NCBI GenBank assembly: GCA_036867785.1
Contig: CP145421.1
Coordinates: forward strand, 310,001 to 374,000
Reading direction: 5' to 3'
Length of the DNA stretch: 64,000 bases
From: Plasmodiophora brassicae
Lineage: Eukaryota
Shown here piece by piece: positions 24,507-36,732 of this stretch (position 1 is its first letter; each line of letters begins with the position of its first letter). The notes under the pieces were generated by a model. It was not told where the DNA came from, made no database searches, and worked only from the letters and a program-made list of their open reading frames with translations. The position numbers were made by a program, and so were the translations under genes.

Positions 24507-27068
24507 ATGCTGAAGCTGCTGCTCGTGAGCACCGTCACCGTCCGCTGCTGGAACGGCGTCAAGGGGCAGGCGACGTGCGACGACGACCCGTGCGCGTATC
24601 TCGGCAGGTCGTGCTGCCGCACGTACCCGTGCGTTAACGCCAGCTCGACAGCGCCTGTTGTCGAGCTGGCAGTCGTCATACCGTTCGACGTCGTCGGGGC
24701 TCAGATCGCCGTCCAACTTGCCGTCGACCATGTCAACGGCAAAGGGGTGCTCCTTCCCGGCACGGTGAAGCGCGTTCGCTGGCAGAGCTCACGAGGCACC
24801 CCGCTGGGCGCCATCAACGCGCTGGCCTGCACAGCGCTTACAAACGCCACGATGTTGACCGCTAAGGTTCCCATGGTGATCGGCCCGATGTACTCTAGCG
24901 AGGTCGTCTCCGGTATGGCCCAGATGGCCAGCTTCATAGGCCTGCCGGTCATCGCGCCTGTCGCTGGATCCACGACGCTCAACGATAAGGTGTGCTGCCC
25001 CTTGCGCTCGGCCATTATATTTGGGCGCTGATTCGCAGCCAGGTTCTATACCGGACCGTGTCAAGGATGATAAATGACGATAGCCTGGCCGCGTTGGCGA
25101 TGGTCCACATCGTGCAGCATTTTGGCTGGAACACGGTCGTCGTCGTCTATTCGTCCGATGCACAATCCGTATCAGTCACGAATATCATCGTCGAGCAGTG
25201 CAAGAACGTCGGCATTTCGATCCTGTTCGCGCTGATCATCCAGCCGAATACGCTCCAGGACACGATGCAGCGTATCAAGGACAGCAACGTGCGCATCGTG
25301 CTCGCTCCCGTCAGTCTGCCCGATGGGCCCAGCGTGTTCCAGGCTGTCCACGCCGCTGGCCTTGATTCCAGCCAGTTCGTCTGGGTGGGCGGGTCACAGG
25401 TACGACGTCGCAGAGCAATACGGACAGGTCGAAGCTCAGGGTTGGCACGGCCCAGGTGTCCCCCTACATCACAACGGTGGTCCCTGCGAACTTGTTCCGG
25501 ATCTGGCCATACATCAACGCGTCCTTGCCAGACGTGCGCGATGTCACGACGGCCTGGCAGGCGTTATACGCATCGAACCCGAACATTACGTTTGGCATTC
25601 CAGTATGTACTTCGAGTTGCTTCGTTACGGCCCCGGTCCTCAAACGCTTCCCAGAAACCCGTCGACATCCAGTTCAACGTCTACGATGCGGTCGTCTTTG
25701 TAAGTCGGCCCGAACGCTCCCGGATCAACTCGTAACCTTGGCCTGCGTAGGGGTTCACTGTCCTGCACGAAATGCATCAAGCGGGTCTGCAATGGAACCA
25801 GACGTCAATCTTGAACGGGATCCGTTCAACGACGATGATGGGTACAACTGGGCACGTCCAGCTGAACAGCATCGGGAACCGCCTGGGAACATATGCGGTG
25901 TGGCAGTGTCAGAGACCCGTGAACGCCGCCCCTTCGACAACGCCGGGCACTTGGTTGAATGTGGCAACGCTAGGCGTAACCGTGCAGTCGTGGCAGGATA
26001 CGGACACGCCTGTGAAGTGGGCGGATGGGCGCGTGACACCGCCTGTGCAATTGCCCGAGATCCGGTCAGCGCGCCTGAGCGCGTCCGCCGGTGTTATATT
26101 GGCCCTCGTTGTGTTCTCATCTCTGGGATCCATCATGGCTATTGCCCTCCTCGTGTTCAATGTCTACCATCGAAACCTGACCTTCATCAAGATGTCGTCA
26201 CCCACGATCAACAACGGCATCATCCTGGGAACCATCCTGTCCTTCGTCTACATCATCCTGTCAGCAGCGCAGGAGAGCACGAACGATGTCTCGCAGATCG
26301 CCCAGCTCTGCTCGTCTCGTGTCTCTGTCCTCTGCATCGGATTCACCATGGCGTTTGGCGGCCTGGCCGCTAAGACCTATCGAGTCAGCATGATCTTCTC
26401 GGCCAGTAAGGAGATGAAGGTAACACCTTATCGACGTGTGAGGCAACCATCAGCCTGATGGTTCACGGATTCAGACCGTCCTGATCAAGACGGCAGTGCT
26501 GGTTCGCTCCGTCCTATTTCTGCTGGTTGTGGACATTGTGATCCTGTCGGTTTGGCTTGCAACGGATCCCCTGCAGGCCGGTTTCGTCCAGTTGCCATCG
26601 CACGACGATTCCGACTCGGTTGTACAACCATACGTCATCCAGTGTTCATCGTCGAAAATCGATACGTTCCTGGCCGTCATCTACATCTACAAAGGCGCGC
26701 TCATGATTCTAGCCGCCGCGTTCGCCTATCAAACCAGGAACGTGGAGATCCCGGCGCTGAACGATTCTCGGCAGATCGGACTGTCCATCTTCACATGCAG
26801 CCTGATCGCCGTCATCGTCGTCCCTGTCCTCGGGTTCATCAGCGCCGACCAACCGTCATCGTCCTTCGTCCTGTCGAACATGTCCATCTTCTTCGCGTCC
26901 GCGGCAACGCTGACCACCCTGTTCGTCCCGAAAATCTCGGCGATCATGGACGGCTCGGCCCAGGACAAGACGAAACGCCGAGGGCCCCTCGTGCCGAAAG
27001 CGATCACTCCCGCCCCCGCGTCCGCAGCTTCCCACGCAACGGACACGAACCCCGTTGAGAGCAAGTGA
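24507..27068 (+). CDS. Class C (GABA-B/glutamate-like) GPCR, copy 2
   Basis: Paralogue of 14260-16857 with the same domain order and intron positions, including a 45-nt micro-exon. Confidence 0.9.
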
Positions 27069-27285
27069 TGACATAAATTATTACACCAGAAGCACGCCGA
27101 ATGTTCAGCGGGATGTAGCTCACAGTCGTTGCCGCCGAACAATTTGCAGCTCCCGGTCGTTGCCGCCGAACGCTGTGAGTGAAACGAGCTGGAACAGTTT
27201 CCGCCACAAAAACGCTCCTGGTCGTGACAGGCAGCAGCCAGCCAGCAGGTGGTGATGTCATTTTGACGATGCCGTCGTTATCGCT

Positions 27286-28887
27286 ATGAGGCTGGGGTTG
27301 GTGTGGCGGCGCGTCCTGGTCGGTCGGCGGGCGCCGCGCCGGTGGCTGTCGACGTTGCGGGACGAGGTCGCCGACAAGTTCGACCTGGTCGTGATCGGCA
27401 GCGGGCCCGCCGGGCAGAAATGCGCCATCAACGCGGCGAAGATGGGCAAACGGGTCGCCATCATCGACCGGGGCCAAATGATCGGTGGCGTCTGCGTCCA
27501 CACGGGGACGATCCCGAGCAAGACCTTCCGTGAGGCGGTCCTGTACCTGACTGGATACAGGCAGCGCGGGTTCTACGGGCGCGATCACCAGGAACGCGAT
27601 GAAATCCTGTTCACTGATATCCTGGATCGCGTCAAGAAAGTCGAAGGCTGGGAGACTGAAATCATCCTGTCGCAGCTGAAGCGGAATAACGTCGCTGTTA
27701 TCAAAGGAACGGCCTCGTTCATCGACGAGCACCGGATCCAGGTCGACCACGACGTTTCCGTTGGCCCCGATGAGGTCGTGCACGAGAACGCCGTGATCGA
27801 GTTCGACCATGCGCTGATCGCGACAGGAACCTATCCGGCGCGATCGCCGCTGTATCCGTTCGACTCGAAGTACGTCTTCGACAGCGACACGATCCTGTCG
27901 GTAACGCCTGGGCGCGTCCCGAAGAACATGATCGTGATCGGCAGCGGCGTCATCGCCATGGAGTACGCGTCGATGCTGAACGCGCTCCAGGGCTCTCGCG
28001 TTACGATCGTGGACAAGGCGCCGGGGTTCTTGTCATTTGTCGACCAGGAGATCCTGGATGTACTTCGGGATAGCATGCGCTCTAACGGGGCGACATTCCG
28101 TCTGGGTGAGGTCGTGACCGGCGTTGACGTCAAGGACGGCCGCGTTCGCGTCACGCTGGAAAGCAACAAAGTCGTGAAGGGCGACGCGCTTCTCTATGCA
28201 GTCGGGCGGCAGGGCAATACTGCCGGGCTCAACCTGGAGGCTGTCGGGATTCCCACGAGTTCCCGTGGGCTGATCTCCGTCAACGCAAGTTACCAGACGA
28301 GCGTGCCGCATATCTACGCGGCCGGTGATGTGATTGGGTTCCCGGCGCTTGCATCCGTCAGCCAGGAGCAGGGCCGCATCGCATCGAACCACATGTACAA
28401 CATCCCGGTCGACTCCACGCACGCCATGTTCCCGTATGGCATCTACACGATTCCCGAGATTTCCATGGTCGGACAGAACGAGGCGGAGCTGTCCAAGAAG
28501 AAGGTCGCCTACGAGACGGGCGTGGCCAAATTCGATGAACTTGCCAAAGGCCAGATGCTTGGCCTGAAGGTGTCGCCGTCATATGCGTGCTCTGCGCGTT
28601 GCTCATGGGGTGTGTCGTGCAGCATGGGTTCTTGAAGGTCATCTTCTGCCCACACACGCGCAAGCTTCTGGGCGTCCACGCGATCGGGGAGAACGCCACC
28701 GAGATCATCCACATTGGGCAAGTTGTCCTGACCATGGGTGGCACGATCGACTACTTCAGGGATCACGTCTTCAACTTCCCCAGCTTCGCCGAAGTACGCC
28801 CGTTGTCCTCCGCTGCCACATGTCGTATCTCACCCATGCTGCCAGGCATATCGAGTCGCTGCACTGGATGGCATCAACCGACTGTAG
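27286..28887 (+). CDS. sthA: Soluble pyridine nucleotide transhydrogenase (SthA/UdhA-like) with mitochondrial-type presequence; exons 27286-28569, 28623-28793, 28846-28887
   Basis: FDLVVIGSGPAGQK, GGVCVHTGTIPSKTFRE (single Cys, CxxxxT), PYGIYTIPEIS, C-terminus FNFPSFAEAYRVAALDGINRL. Two GT-AG introns restore the frame. Confidence 0.9.
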
Positions 28888-28992
28888 ACCCTGTCTAATA
28901 GAATACCGAATCGGCAGCCCGGCTTCGTCTGCAGGATACTGTTTGATTGCTATTGATTTTAGGGATAATAAGAGTGTACGCAGTGTCATCGG

Positions 28993-30247
28993 TTAACCCA
29001 CTTTCTTCTGCCGCCATATCGCGTCCATGCTGGACCGCAGGACTATCCTCGGGATATCGATCATGAATGTCTTTGGGATCGCAGTCGATGTCGAGACGAT
29101 CCACCAGCCCCCGCGGTTCACGGTGCTGACGGCGCTCACGACGCCGTTCACCACTCTCCCCAGCGTACCGCTGCCTGCACAGCAACCACTCCAGTCAATA
29201 GCGATATCGCAGACTGCCGTTCGGTCTACCCGGGGAGGACACCGGTTCTGCCTCGCTGCCCTCGGTGATGGCGACACCCATGACCGCTTCGACCAGCATC
29301 TCCTCCAGTTTGCGTCTCTCGACCTGCGAATCATGCAACTTGACCTGTGTGTCGATCAGCTCGCGCTCCAGGGCTCTGGTGCTCTGTGGCGAGGAGCGCT
29401 CCTCCATATCCATCATCAACCGCTCGATGCTGGCGACATTGGTCCCCAGGCTGGCCCGACATTCTTCGACCTTCCTCAGTATCCGATCGTTGTGCTCTCT
29501 ACACGATCAGTCGTCTCAGGATCCATCCCTGACACGCTTCTGCGTCCCCGTCACGCCGACCTGATTTCCTGGCCGAGCCGAACCAGTCGCTGATGCCTCA
29601 TACGTCGTGCAGCGTGAACCCGCCTGCCGGTCTGCAGTACAAGGCGCATCTCCGCCTGAACCCGACGTGTCTCGCTCTGGATTGCATGGGCCAGCTCAGC
29701 ATCTGCCGGTCTGGTGAATGCGCCGTTGGCCCACATGGGGCACATTACAACTGACTGGCCAACCGCGCGTCAATCAGATTGCCGTTCAGGTCGTGCAGGT
29801 CGTCGTCGTGAGCCACGGCAGCATTCGACCGCACCGTGGAGAACCCGTGCGCGATCGCCTCCTTCTGGGCAGCGAAATCCTTCGCGGCGGTGCTGAGACG
29901 ACGACGGACGCGCTCACGACGGGCGACATCCTACGATTTTCTGGGCGGGCTCGCTGTTCAACTTCTCCAGCATATCTGCAAGGCGATCGTGAACGGCGTC
30001 GAGGACGACGTCTTCGTCGAAATCGTCGTCGATCGTATCGAACGGCACATGGGCGACCTGGTACTGGAACAGGCCCGTCAGCTGACGAATCCCCGTCCGG
30101 ACGTCGATCACGCCCTTGGCGATCTGGCACATGACAGGTTAACGGAGGCGATTCGTCAGTGTGTCTGGCGGCGCGAACCGCGGCGCGATCCATGTTCAGG
30201 TCGGGCGTGCTGGAGGCCGCCCGCTCGACGTAGGGCGTCGCTCTCAT
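28993..30247 (-). CDS. Hypothetical coiled-coil protein (multi-exon)
   Basis: Exons join in frame over short introns (IAKGVIDVRTGIRQL.., DFAAQKEAIAHGF.., ALERELIDTQVKLHDSQ). No family recognised. Confidence 0.55.
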
Positions 30248-30624
30248 GACTGTTTCCGCGTCCCCTGCGACTGACGATCGGGTCGGGACGTCGGATGCGC
30301 CCCCGTGATCCAGCCTGGAATAGTCCTCTCGAGCGGCCCTGACGCAACGCGATCCACCTCACCCCGCGCAGGGACGCGTCACAGGAACGGCCTCAGTTCG
30401 ATCATCGTCATGGGGCCTCCGTATTCACCCAGGTGGAATACGTACCACCGATACGTATTTAGTGTACGGCTCGCCCTCATGACAGCGTTTATGCGGCCCC
30501 TCGGGTCGGGGGCGTCTGATGCAACCGGCGACCCAGCTGGGAATAGATCTCGAGTATCGCAGGAACAGCGCCTCGCCACTGAGATCGATCGTCATGGGAT
30601 CTTCGGGTACCCCTTAGGTGCCTA

Positions 30625-31494
30625 ATGTCAACGCCGGCGAGCAGCAGTGCTCTGCTGTTCCTGGCCGGGGACCCGACCGCCGAGCCGGCTGCCCTGACCG
30701 CCGAGGAAGAACTGCGGCGCGAAGTCGACGAGCTGAAAAAGGAGCTGAAGTGGACGCAGGAGAAGCTTCAGGCGGTGACAACGTCGTTAAACGTCTGCGA
30801 GCAGGACAGGGTGGCGGCTTTGTCGCGGATCGCTGAATTGGAGAAATCGAGGCTCCCCGTGCCCGGGAGCAGCGGCCAGAAGATTGGCCTAGCGCAGCAG
30901 TTAGAGGCGCTGGCCCAGGCGTTGCATTCAGCGAGCGCCGAAGTCGAAGCCAACGAGATGGAGCTCCAGCTGGAGCGGCGTCGGCGGGAATCAGCGAAAT
31001 CCATCGCGGATGAGCTGATCCACCGCCTGACCACCAGCGATGCTGACAACACGGCCGGCGGCGACAATGTCGATGCGCATCAGCACCATCATGCTGCGGA
31101 GCGTAAGCCGAACCAGATGCCGACCGTTCCTGGACGGCGCACGCAGAAGGTGTCCAGATCGGTGAGGCAGCCGTGCTGGCATCAAGGTTGCCCATGGTGG
31201 CTGAAACGTTCCGTTTACATACAGAACGCGGCGACGGTCGACAAGGCCATCGAGCATCTCAAGTCCCGGTTCCAGCAGATGAACGTGATGATCCCGTTCG
31301 TCCGGGAGGACGACTTCACCTACAGGCTCGGCAGCGAACGCCTGTACATCCAGGTCCAGAGCGGGAAACTCGTCGGTACGCGCCGCCGTATCGTGTCGCT
31401 GTCTCCTGGACGTCGCCTGACTGACGATGGAAACGCAGTACGGATGGGCGGCAAGTTCATCGACCTGTTGCAGTGGCTCGAGACACGATACTAG
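30625..31494 (+). CDS. Coiled-coil protein with C-terminal GAS2/GAR-like microtubule-binding motif
   Basis: After removing the last intron: FVREDDFTYRLGSERLYIQVQSGKLVVRMGGKFIDLLQWL, resembling the GAR consensus YRFG..VRVGGGW..L.EFL. Confidence 0.65.
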   Translation: MSTPASSSALLFLAGDPTAEPAALTAEEELRREVDELKKELKWTQEKLQAVTTSLNVCEQDRVAALSRIAELEKSRLPVPGSSGQKIGLAQQLEALAQALHSASAEVEANEMELQLERRRRESAKSIADELIHRLTTSDADNTAGGDNVDAHQHHHAAERKPNQMPTVPGRRTQKVSRSVRQPCWHQGCPWWLKRSVYIQNAATVDKAIEHLKSRFQQMNVMIPFVREDDFTYRLGSERLYIQVQSGKLVGTRRRIVSLSPGRRLTDDGNAVRMGGKFIDLLQWLETRY

Positions 31495-31740
31495 TCGTGT
31501 CCGGCATTCGGCGGCCCAGCGCTGGGTGTCATCCCCCCCCCAAAAATACGAATTGGACTAAGTTGGCGTGGTGGCGACTGGCGCAGTTTTGCGTCCAGGC
31601 GGCTACAGCCGTACAAAAAGGATGGCAGTGGGGCCCGCTGGCTTTACAACTACAGCAGCGGCAGTCAGGGGCGGGGCGGAGTTTGCCGGCAGCTGCCAGT
31701 TGGAACGTGGAACGATTGGCAGCGGACGGCGCAGGGAGGC

Positions 31741-32942
31741 ATGGTGAGGAATAGGAGGCAGGTCAGGCGCCGGGACGCGCATCACAGAGTGGTGTCGGAC
31801 GAGGTCGTCCTGCTGGGCGACGGCACGCCTGTATCCTGGGCACGCGCGGCTTCGCGCTCCCGGGACGACGACGCACCCGGGCGCTCTGCCGACATGCCGG
31901 AGCGCTCTGACGACGATGGTGGTGCCGAGCAGGGCGGGCGTTCTGAGACGCGCTTGTTTGTGCCGCGGGGCACCGTGCACGGCAAACGTATCGACTGACT
32001 CCACGCTGTTGACGCAGATGGACAGCGATGAACGCCGACCAACTGCTGACTGTGTTCTCGTTCCTCGATGGATACAGGTCCGTATGGAGGTTGCTGGATA
32101 TGTCCCTGTGCTGACGCGGCTGGCTGCAGTATCGGGAGATGCACGCGCGTGTGCCGCGAATGGCGGCGGGTCAGCGAAATGCCCAGTTTATGGCAGATGG
32201 TGTGTAAGGCGGTTTTTGGTCCGCCGTTGCGCCTGTACAAGGCTCTCAGCTGGAAAGACGTCAGATCTGGTTTCCATTGTCGCGTGCTCCGCCCCGAACT
32301 GATACCGAGCCGCAGAAATTCCTGCATGACGCCCATCTTCGGTACGACGGCATCTACTGTCTTCAGGTGACCTACTGGGCGCAAGGTTCGGCACAGTCCA
32401 ACTACGAGCCGTTGAAGTTTTCGTACTATCGGTATTTGAGATTCTTTCCGAACCGAAAGGTAACGGGTTGCCCCCGCTGAGTGCCATCGTCTTCGGGGCT
32501 GACTTGCCCGCCTGCAGGTATGGTATTCTCTGATGAATGACCCTCCGCCGTTGGCGATCAATCGGTATATGGAGCGTCATCCAGGTGCAGGCGATCCGGC
32601 CATCTTTGAAGGTTTCTAAGTAGCGGTCACTGTCGTTGATGACGTTGACGTTCTAATTTGTAACACATAGGAGAGTACCGAATGAAGAGTTCGAGAGTGT
32701 CGTGCATTGTTGTCATGCGACACATGACAGCGGGCCTAAAGGTCGTAGTTCATTCCACGATACCAGGTACGTTGGCACCCGTTTGGTGTCGTAAGGAACT
32801 GCGCGCTCCTAATCGCCCATCGCCAGGCGCGTTCAATCGGTTGAAGTTCGTATCGTTAGTGTCGCTTACGAGCGACCGTGAAATCGGCTGCGAATTCCGC
32901 GTCCCCAATGCCCCATTTACCTTCATACACGTCAACTGGTGA
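31741..32942 (+). CDS. F-box protein, FBXO9/Hrt3-like (multi-exon; start uncertain)
   Basis: F-box LLTVFSFLDGYSIGRCTRVCREW..LWQMVC, followed by HLRYDGIY and YYRYLRFFP motifs. Confidence 0.8.
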
Positions 32943-32980
32943 TGGCCGGTGCACCCTAGATACATTAACATTTATCCCAA

Positions 32981-33729
32981 TCATCTAAGGGTAATGCTAT
33001 ACGCTGATGCGTATCGTAGTCGTCAGGAAGGTGAGCTGGGAGCTGCGGTCGAATCAAGGCACGGGTGACGCCACATTCCGTTACCTGGGCGCAGGGCCCG
33101 AGTTCTGAAATACGCAGAATGATATATCCCAGTTATTACAGCCAGCCCATTGAACACCGCCTCAGTCTACTGTTCAGCTGTGCTCAATCCCTGACGACGG
33201 CGACTTTATCCGGGAATTACACCAGTGATCATCGGACATGTTATAATTATTATCAGCAGGGACCTGCTCAAGCACAGCAGAGCTGTCGCAGGCGCTAATG
33301 TCAGAAACTGACGATCTCGATGCAACGCCAAACGTCACACTCCTGCAACGCGCCGAATGTTTATCAACAGGCAGAGCATTCGGACAGACCCAGATCAGGA
33401 ATGCTCTCCTGGACGCAAGAGACTACCGACAGGGGCGACTGCCCACCTGACATCATTCGACTAGCGCGCACATAACTGAACATGACTGCTGACGAAGTTC
33501 ACTTGGTATTACTCTTCCTCTCGTTATGTATACACGATGGAATGTTGCCGCAGGCGGGCCCCGGAAGAGACTAACAGTACTAGGCCTTACCTGAAACACA
33601 TATGATACACGATTGTAGACTACGTCCACGAAATTAAACGATCCCACCACTGTTTCTGCATGTATTGTTCTTCAGCTCAATGTCATGGGGATTGACCGTA
33701 CGGTGCACCGTGCCACATGTGGTAGCTAG
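32981..33729 (+). mobile_element. Candidate non-autonomous Helitron-like element
   Basis: Hairpin gtacgg-tgca-ccgtgc (33698-33713), 12 nt, then CTAG followed by T. Possible A|TC 5' end near 32981. The segment is less GC-rich and has no convincing gene. Confidence 0.35.
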
Positions 33730-33738
33730 TCTCCACTG

Positions 33739-34267
33739 AGGCTGCCGGTACCGGCGACCACCTGGAGGGTGGACGCGACGCTGTCCATCTTCTGGTACAG
33801 CGCAGCGAACTCGGTCAGCAGTGATTCCATGAACGCAGTGACCGCCGGCAACAACGCCTGAACAGGTTCTGCCGCGCCCGATGACGATGACGGTGCCGGA
33901 GCGAACTCCGTTGATTGTCGAAAGACGGGCTTCCTGACGATGTCAACGGATGGGCCTGTAACGGATCGGCATGACATAAGTCAACACACGCGAACCGACC
34001 AGTACGACAGCACACGTGCAGCACCAATGTCGCGGGCAACGACGGCGATAACGCCAACTGGACCGCCGCCGCCGCGGACGGTACGACAGCAGCAGCGTCA
34101 GCACCATCTGCACCAGGGGACGATTCTGGCGGGCCGCCAATGAACGCGGGGCGACGACGACGACGACGGCTGCCGCCAGCCAGAGCAGGCACAGGCGGCA
34201 GCATCGGTGTGGCCGACGACGATGACGACGACGACGACGAGGACAACGAGGACCCCGGACCGGCCAT
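33739..34267 (-). pseudogene. Truncated, internally deleted copy of the hypothetical gene at 40164-41616
   Basis: Same MAGPGSSLSSS start. Lacks the 208 bp equivalent to 40501-40708 and breaks off after VVAGTGSL. Confidence 0.65.
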
Positions 34268-34284
34268 GGCGGATAGCGAACTGA

Positions 34285-34499
34285 AGCTCCTGACAATGGT
34301 GCAGCTCCTGACAGTGGTGCAGCTCCTGACAATGGTGCAGCTCCTGACAGTGGTGCAGCTCCTGACAGTGGTGCAGCACCTGACAGTGGTGCAGCTCCTG
34401 ACAGTGGTGCAGCTCCTGACAGTGGTGCAGCTCCTGACAGTGGTGCAGCTCCTGACAGTGGTGCAGCTCCTGACAGTGGTGCAGCTCCTGACAGTGGTG
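34285..34499. repeat. 18-bp minisatellite (GTGGTGCAGCTCCTGACA) x12
   Basis: Head-to-tail copies, three carrying single substitutions, no spacers. Confidence 0.97.
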
Positions 34500-35052
34500 T
34501 GGACACCCGCCTGGTCAGAAGTGCCGAACCCCTTTACGTACGCACTGAACTGCAAGACGTGCGCCTGTCGGGCAGGGCAACCACCTCCCCCTAGCCCTGA
34601 TCGGCGGAGCGAACAGCACGTTCGAGCACGTTTCCGGCAATCATGGTCCATGGGAGAAATACCGTTTCCGGTCCGTTCCGATCTGGAGGTTGCTGACGAT
34701 CCGCATCGGAACGGCTGTCAACGACCACAGCCGTCCCTGAGTACTGGATCGGGTATGATCGTTGCCAGCGATCCAGATGCAGACCGCACATGGCCTTCTT
34801 GAATACCCGCTGAACGGTACTGGTCCTGCGGCCCCCCCACAATTTCAAGGGGTCCCACCTTCGTTCAACTCGGGCCGGCTATTCGGATGCATCTCCGGGA
34901 TCCCACCTTCCTCACTGTGGCTCGCGTGCCTGCCTGTGTAGTAGGAGTCTAACGTGACATACTGTGGACCGTCGGCCACACTGTCCAGTGCCAAGTGAGT
35001 ACAGCTAGATCGGCCGAGATATTCGTTATTCTTCAAAGTTGTCTGGGAACCG

Positions 35053-36487
35053 ATGGGCAACCAGTTGTGCGCGCCCTGGTCAAGCTTGCTGCGGCGGCGG
35101 CCGTCTCGTGCGGCGCCGTCCCGTCGACAGCTTCATTCTCAGCAGCATACGGGCGAGGTCAGCCAGCAGCCGTGCACCGGCCCTGTCGATGCGTCGCGCC
35201 TAACGCAAGAGGTACGCCCGGCACGTGTCACCGTTCTGACCCGGCTGACCGCAGCGGCAACCAGAACGCCGAGTTGCGCCGACGAATTCAGGATCTCGAA
35301 GCCGGCGTCGCACGTGCGCCTGCGACCCCGACAGCCGGCAGTCTGCCTCCTCGTCCGCCCCCACCGTTCGTTGCCGAGTTCTCATGCACTTGTGGGGCCG
35401 TCACTGATGGTGGTGCTGCTGACAGGGCCGCTCCTGCAGCGCCTACCCCGGCACCGGTCACCAGTCCTGGAGCAGGAGTGCCGCCTGCGCCCCTCTGCCC
35501 TCCTGTGCCGGCTGCACCTGCAGCGCCGCCTGCGCCCCTCTGCCCTCCTGTGCCGCCTGCGCCCCTCTGCCCTCCTGTGCCGCCTGCGCCCCTCTGCCCT
35601 CCTGTGCCGGCAGCGCCCCCGGCCCCGCCAGCGCCGCCAGCACCCCCGGCCCCGCCAGCGCCGCCAGCACCCCCGGCCCCGCCAGCGCCGGCAGCGCCCC
35701 CCACTGTGTCGGCGTCAGCAGCCGTACCCGGAGTGCCTCCTCCTCCTCCCCCTCCTCCGCCACCACCACCGCCTGCTGGACCGCCATGCGCCCCAGGTTC
35801 GTCAGCGGACTGCTCGCTGCGCCAATGCATGACACAGGCTGCGAGTAGGGTGCCCGCCGCCACCGCCACCACCAGCTCCCGCATGCGGTGCGGTTCGGCG
35901 CCCGCTTCCTCCTGGACTGAAGGCGAAGCCCGAGCTGCCAAAGCGCCAGTTGAGGAACCTTCACTGGTAAGCGATGTGCGCGCTAGTACCATCGCCCGTC
36001 ACCAGGTGACCGGCACGGGTGTCAGGACAACGATTCCCGTCCACGAGATCGCGGACACGATCTGGATGAAGCTGAACAATTCGGATCCTGAGCTGGACAC
36101 GGCGCTGTTCCAGCAAGCGTTCGCCACGGTCGCCCAGAAACCATCTTCGCTCGCTTCGGATCAGAAGCCCAAGGTCGGTGCGCATGTCGATGCGTTTCGG
36201 ATCTGGTCGACTCAGGTATCGGGACAGTCGGCTCCAGTACGAGCTGAACGCGTCAAGCTCATCGATTCGAAACGGTCGCATAACGTGGAACTGTCTCTCG
36301 GTATGTACCCGGGTGCCCCACCGGTCGTCGCTGACGAACCCTGGCGGCACGTTCCGCATAGCACGGTTCAAGATGAGCCCCGGCGAGATTCGCGACGCCG
36401 TCCTGCACCTGGACCAGGCACGTCTGAGCGCCCACCAGGTCGACACGCTCTTCAAATGCTGCCCAACGCAGCCAGAGATTGCTCTGG
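35053..36487 (+). pseudogene. Partial formin copy (N-terminus, FH1 and first part of FH2 only)
   Basis: Matches the minus-strand formin up to CCPTQPEIA, then the sequence folds back. The GNxLN region is absent. Confidence 0.8.
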
Positions 36488-36650
36488 TACGGTGTCAGCA
36501 TGACCTGGCCGTTGTCCGGTCAGCCGAGCTGCTGACCTGCTGACTGGACAACGGCCAGGTCATGCTGAATGACCACCGTACCAGAGCAATCTCTGGCTGC
36601 GTTGGGCAGCATTTCCAGAGGGTGCTGACCTGGTGGGCGCTCAGACGTGC
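36418..36650. repeat. Local fold-back palindrome (arms ~36418-36524 and ~36539-36650)
   Basis: The end of the formin exon and the start of the intron are repeated immediately in reverse orientation. Confidence 0.9.
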
Positions 36651-36732
36651 ACAGCATCAACGTTTCGCTTCTCACCTGCCACCGACTCCGAATCAACTTG
36701 GTTTCGTTCCTCGCGTGGCACCGACTGATCGC

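Larger units (their letters stand above)
33739..36524. repeat. Left arm of large inverted duplication (partner 37934-40903)
   Basis: Reverse-complement match. ORFs 34995-36503(+) and 37955-39475(-) are identical over most of their length. Confidence 0.95.

Noticed and set aside
27286-28887. Dihydrolipoamide dehydrogenase or glutathione reductase; bacterial contamination
   Set aside because: It lacks the CxxxxC disulfide and the HPTxxE motif. It has introns and eukaryotic neighbours.
30408-30482. Weak nested palindromes in the divergent intergenic region
   Set aside because: The stems are short and imperfect, within chance for this composition.
34285-34499. CRISPR array or a QLLTVV/SCTTVR repeat protein
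   Set aside because: The units are contiguous with no spacers and no cas genes, in a eukaryotic context. The ORFs arise simply because an 18-bp unit is open in most frames.
35288-35992. Gly/Ala-rich PE-PGRS- or collagen-like ORF (also 38478-39182)
   Set aside because: It is the antisense shadow of the formin polyproline FH1 region.
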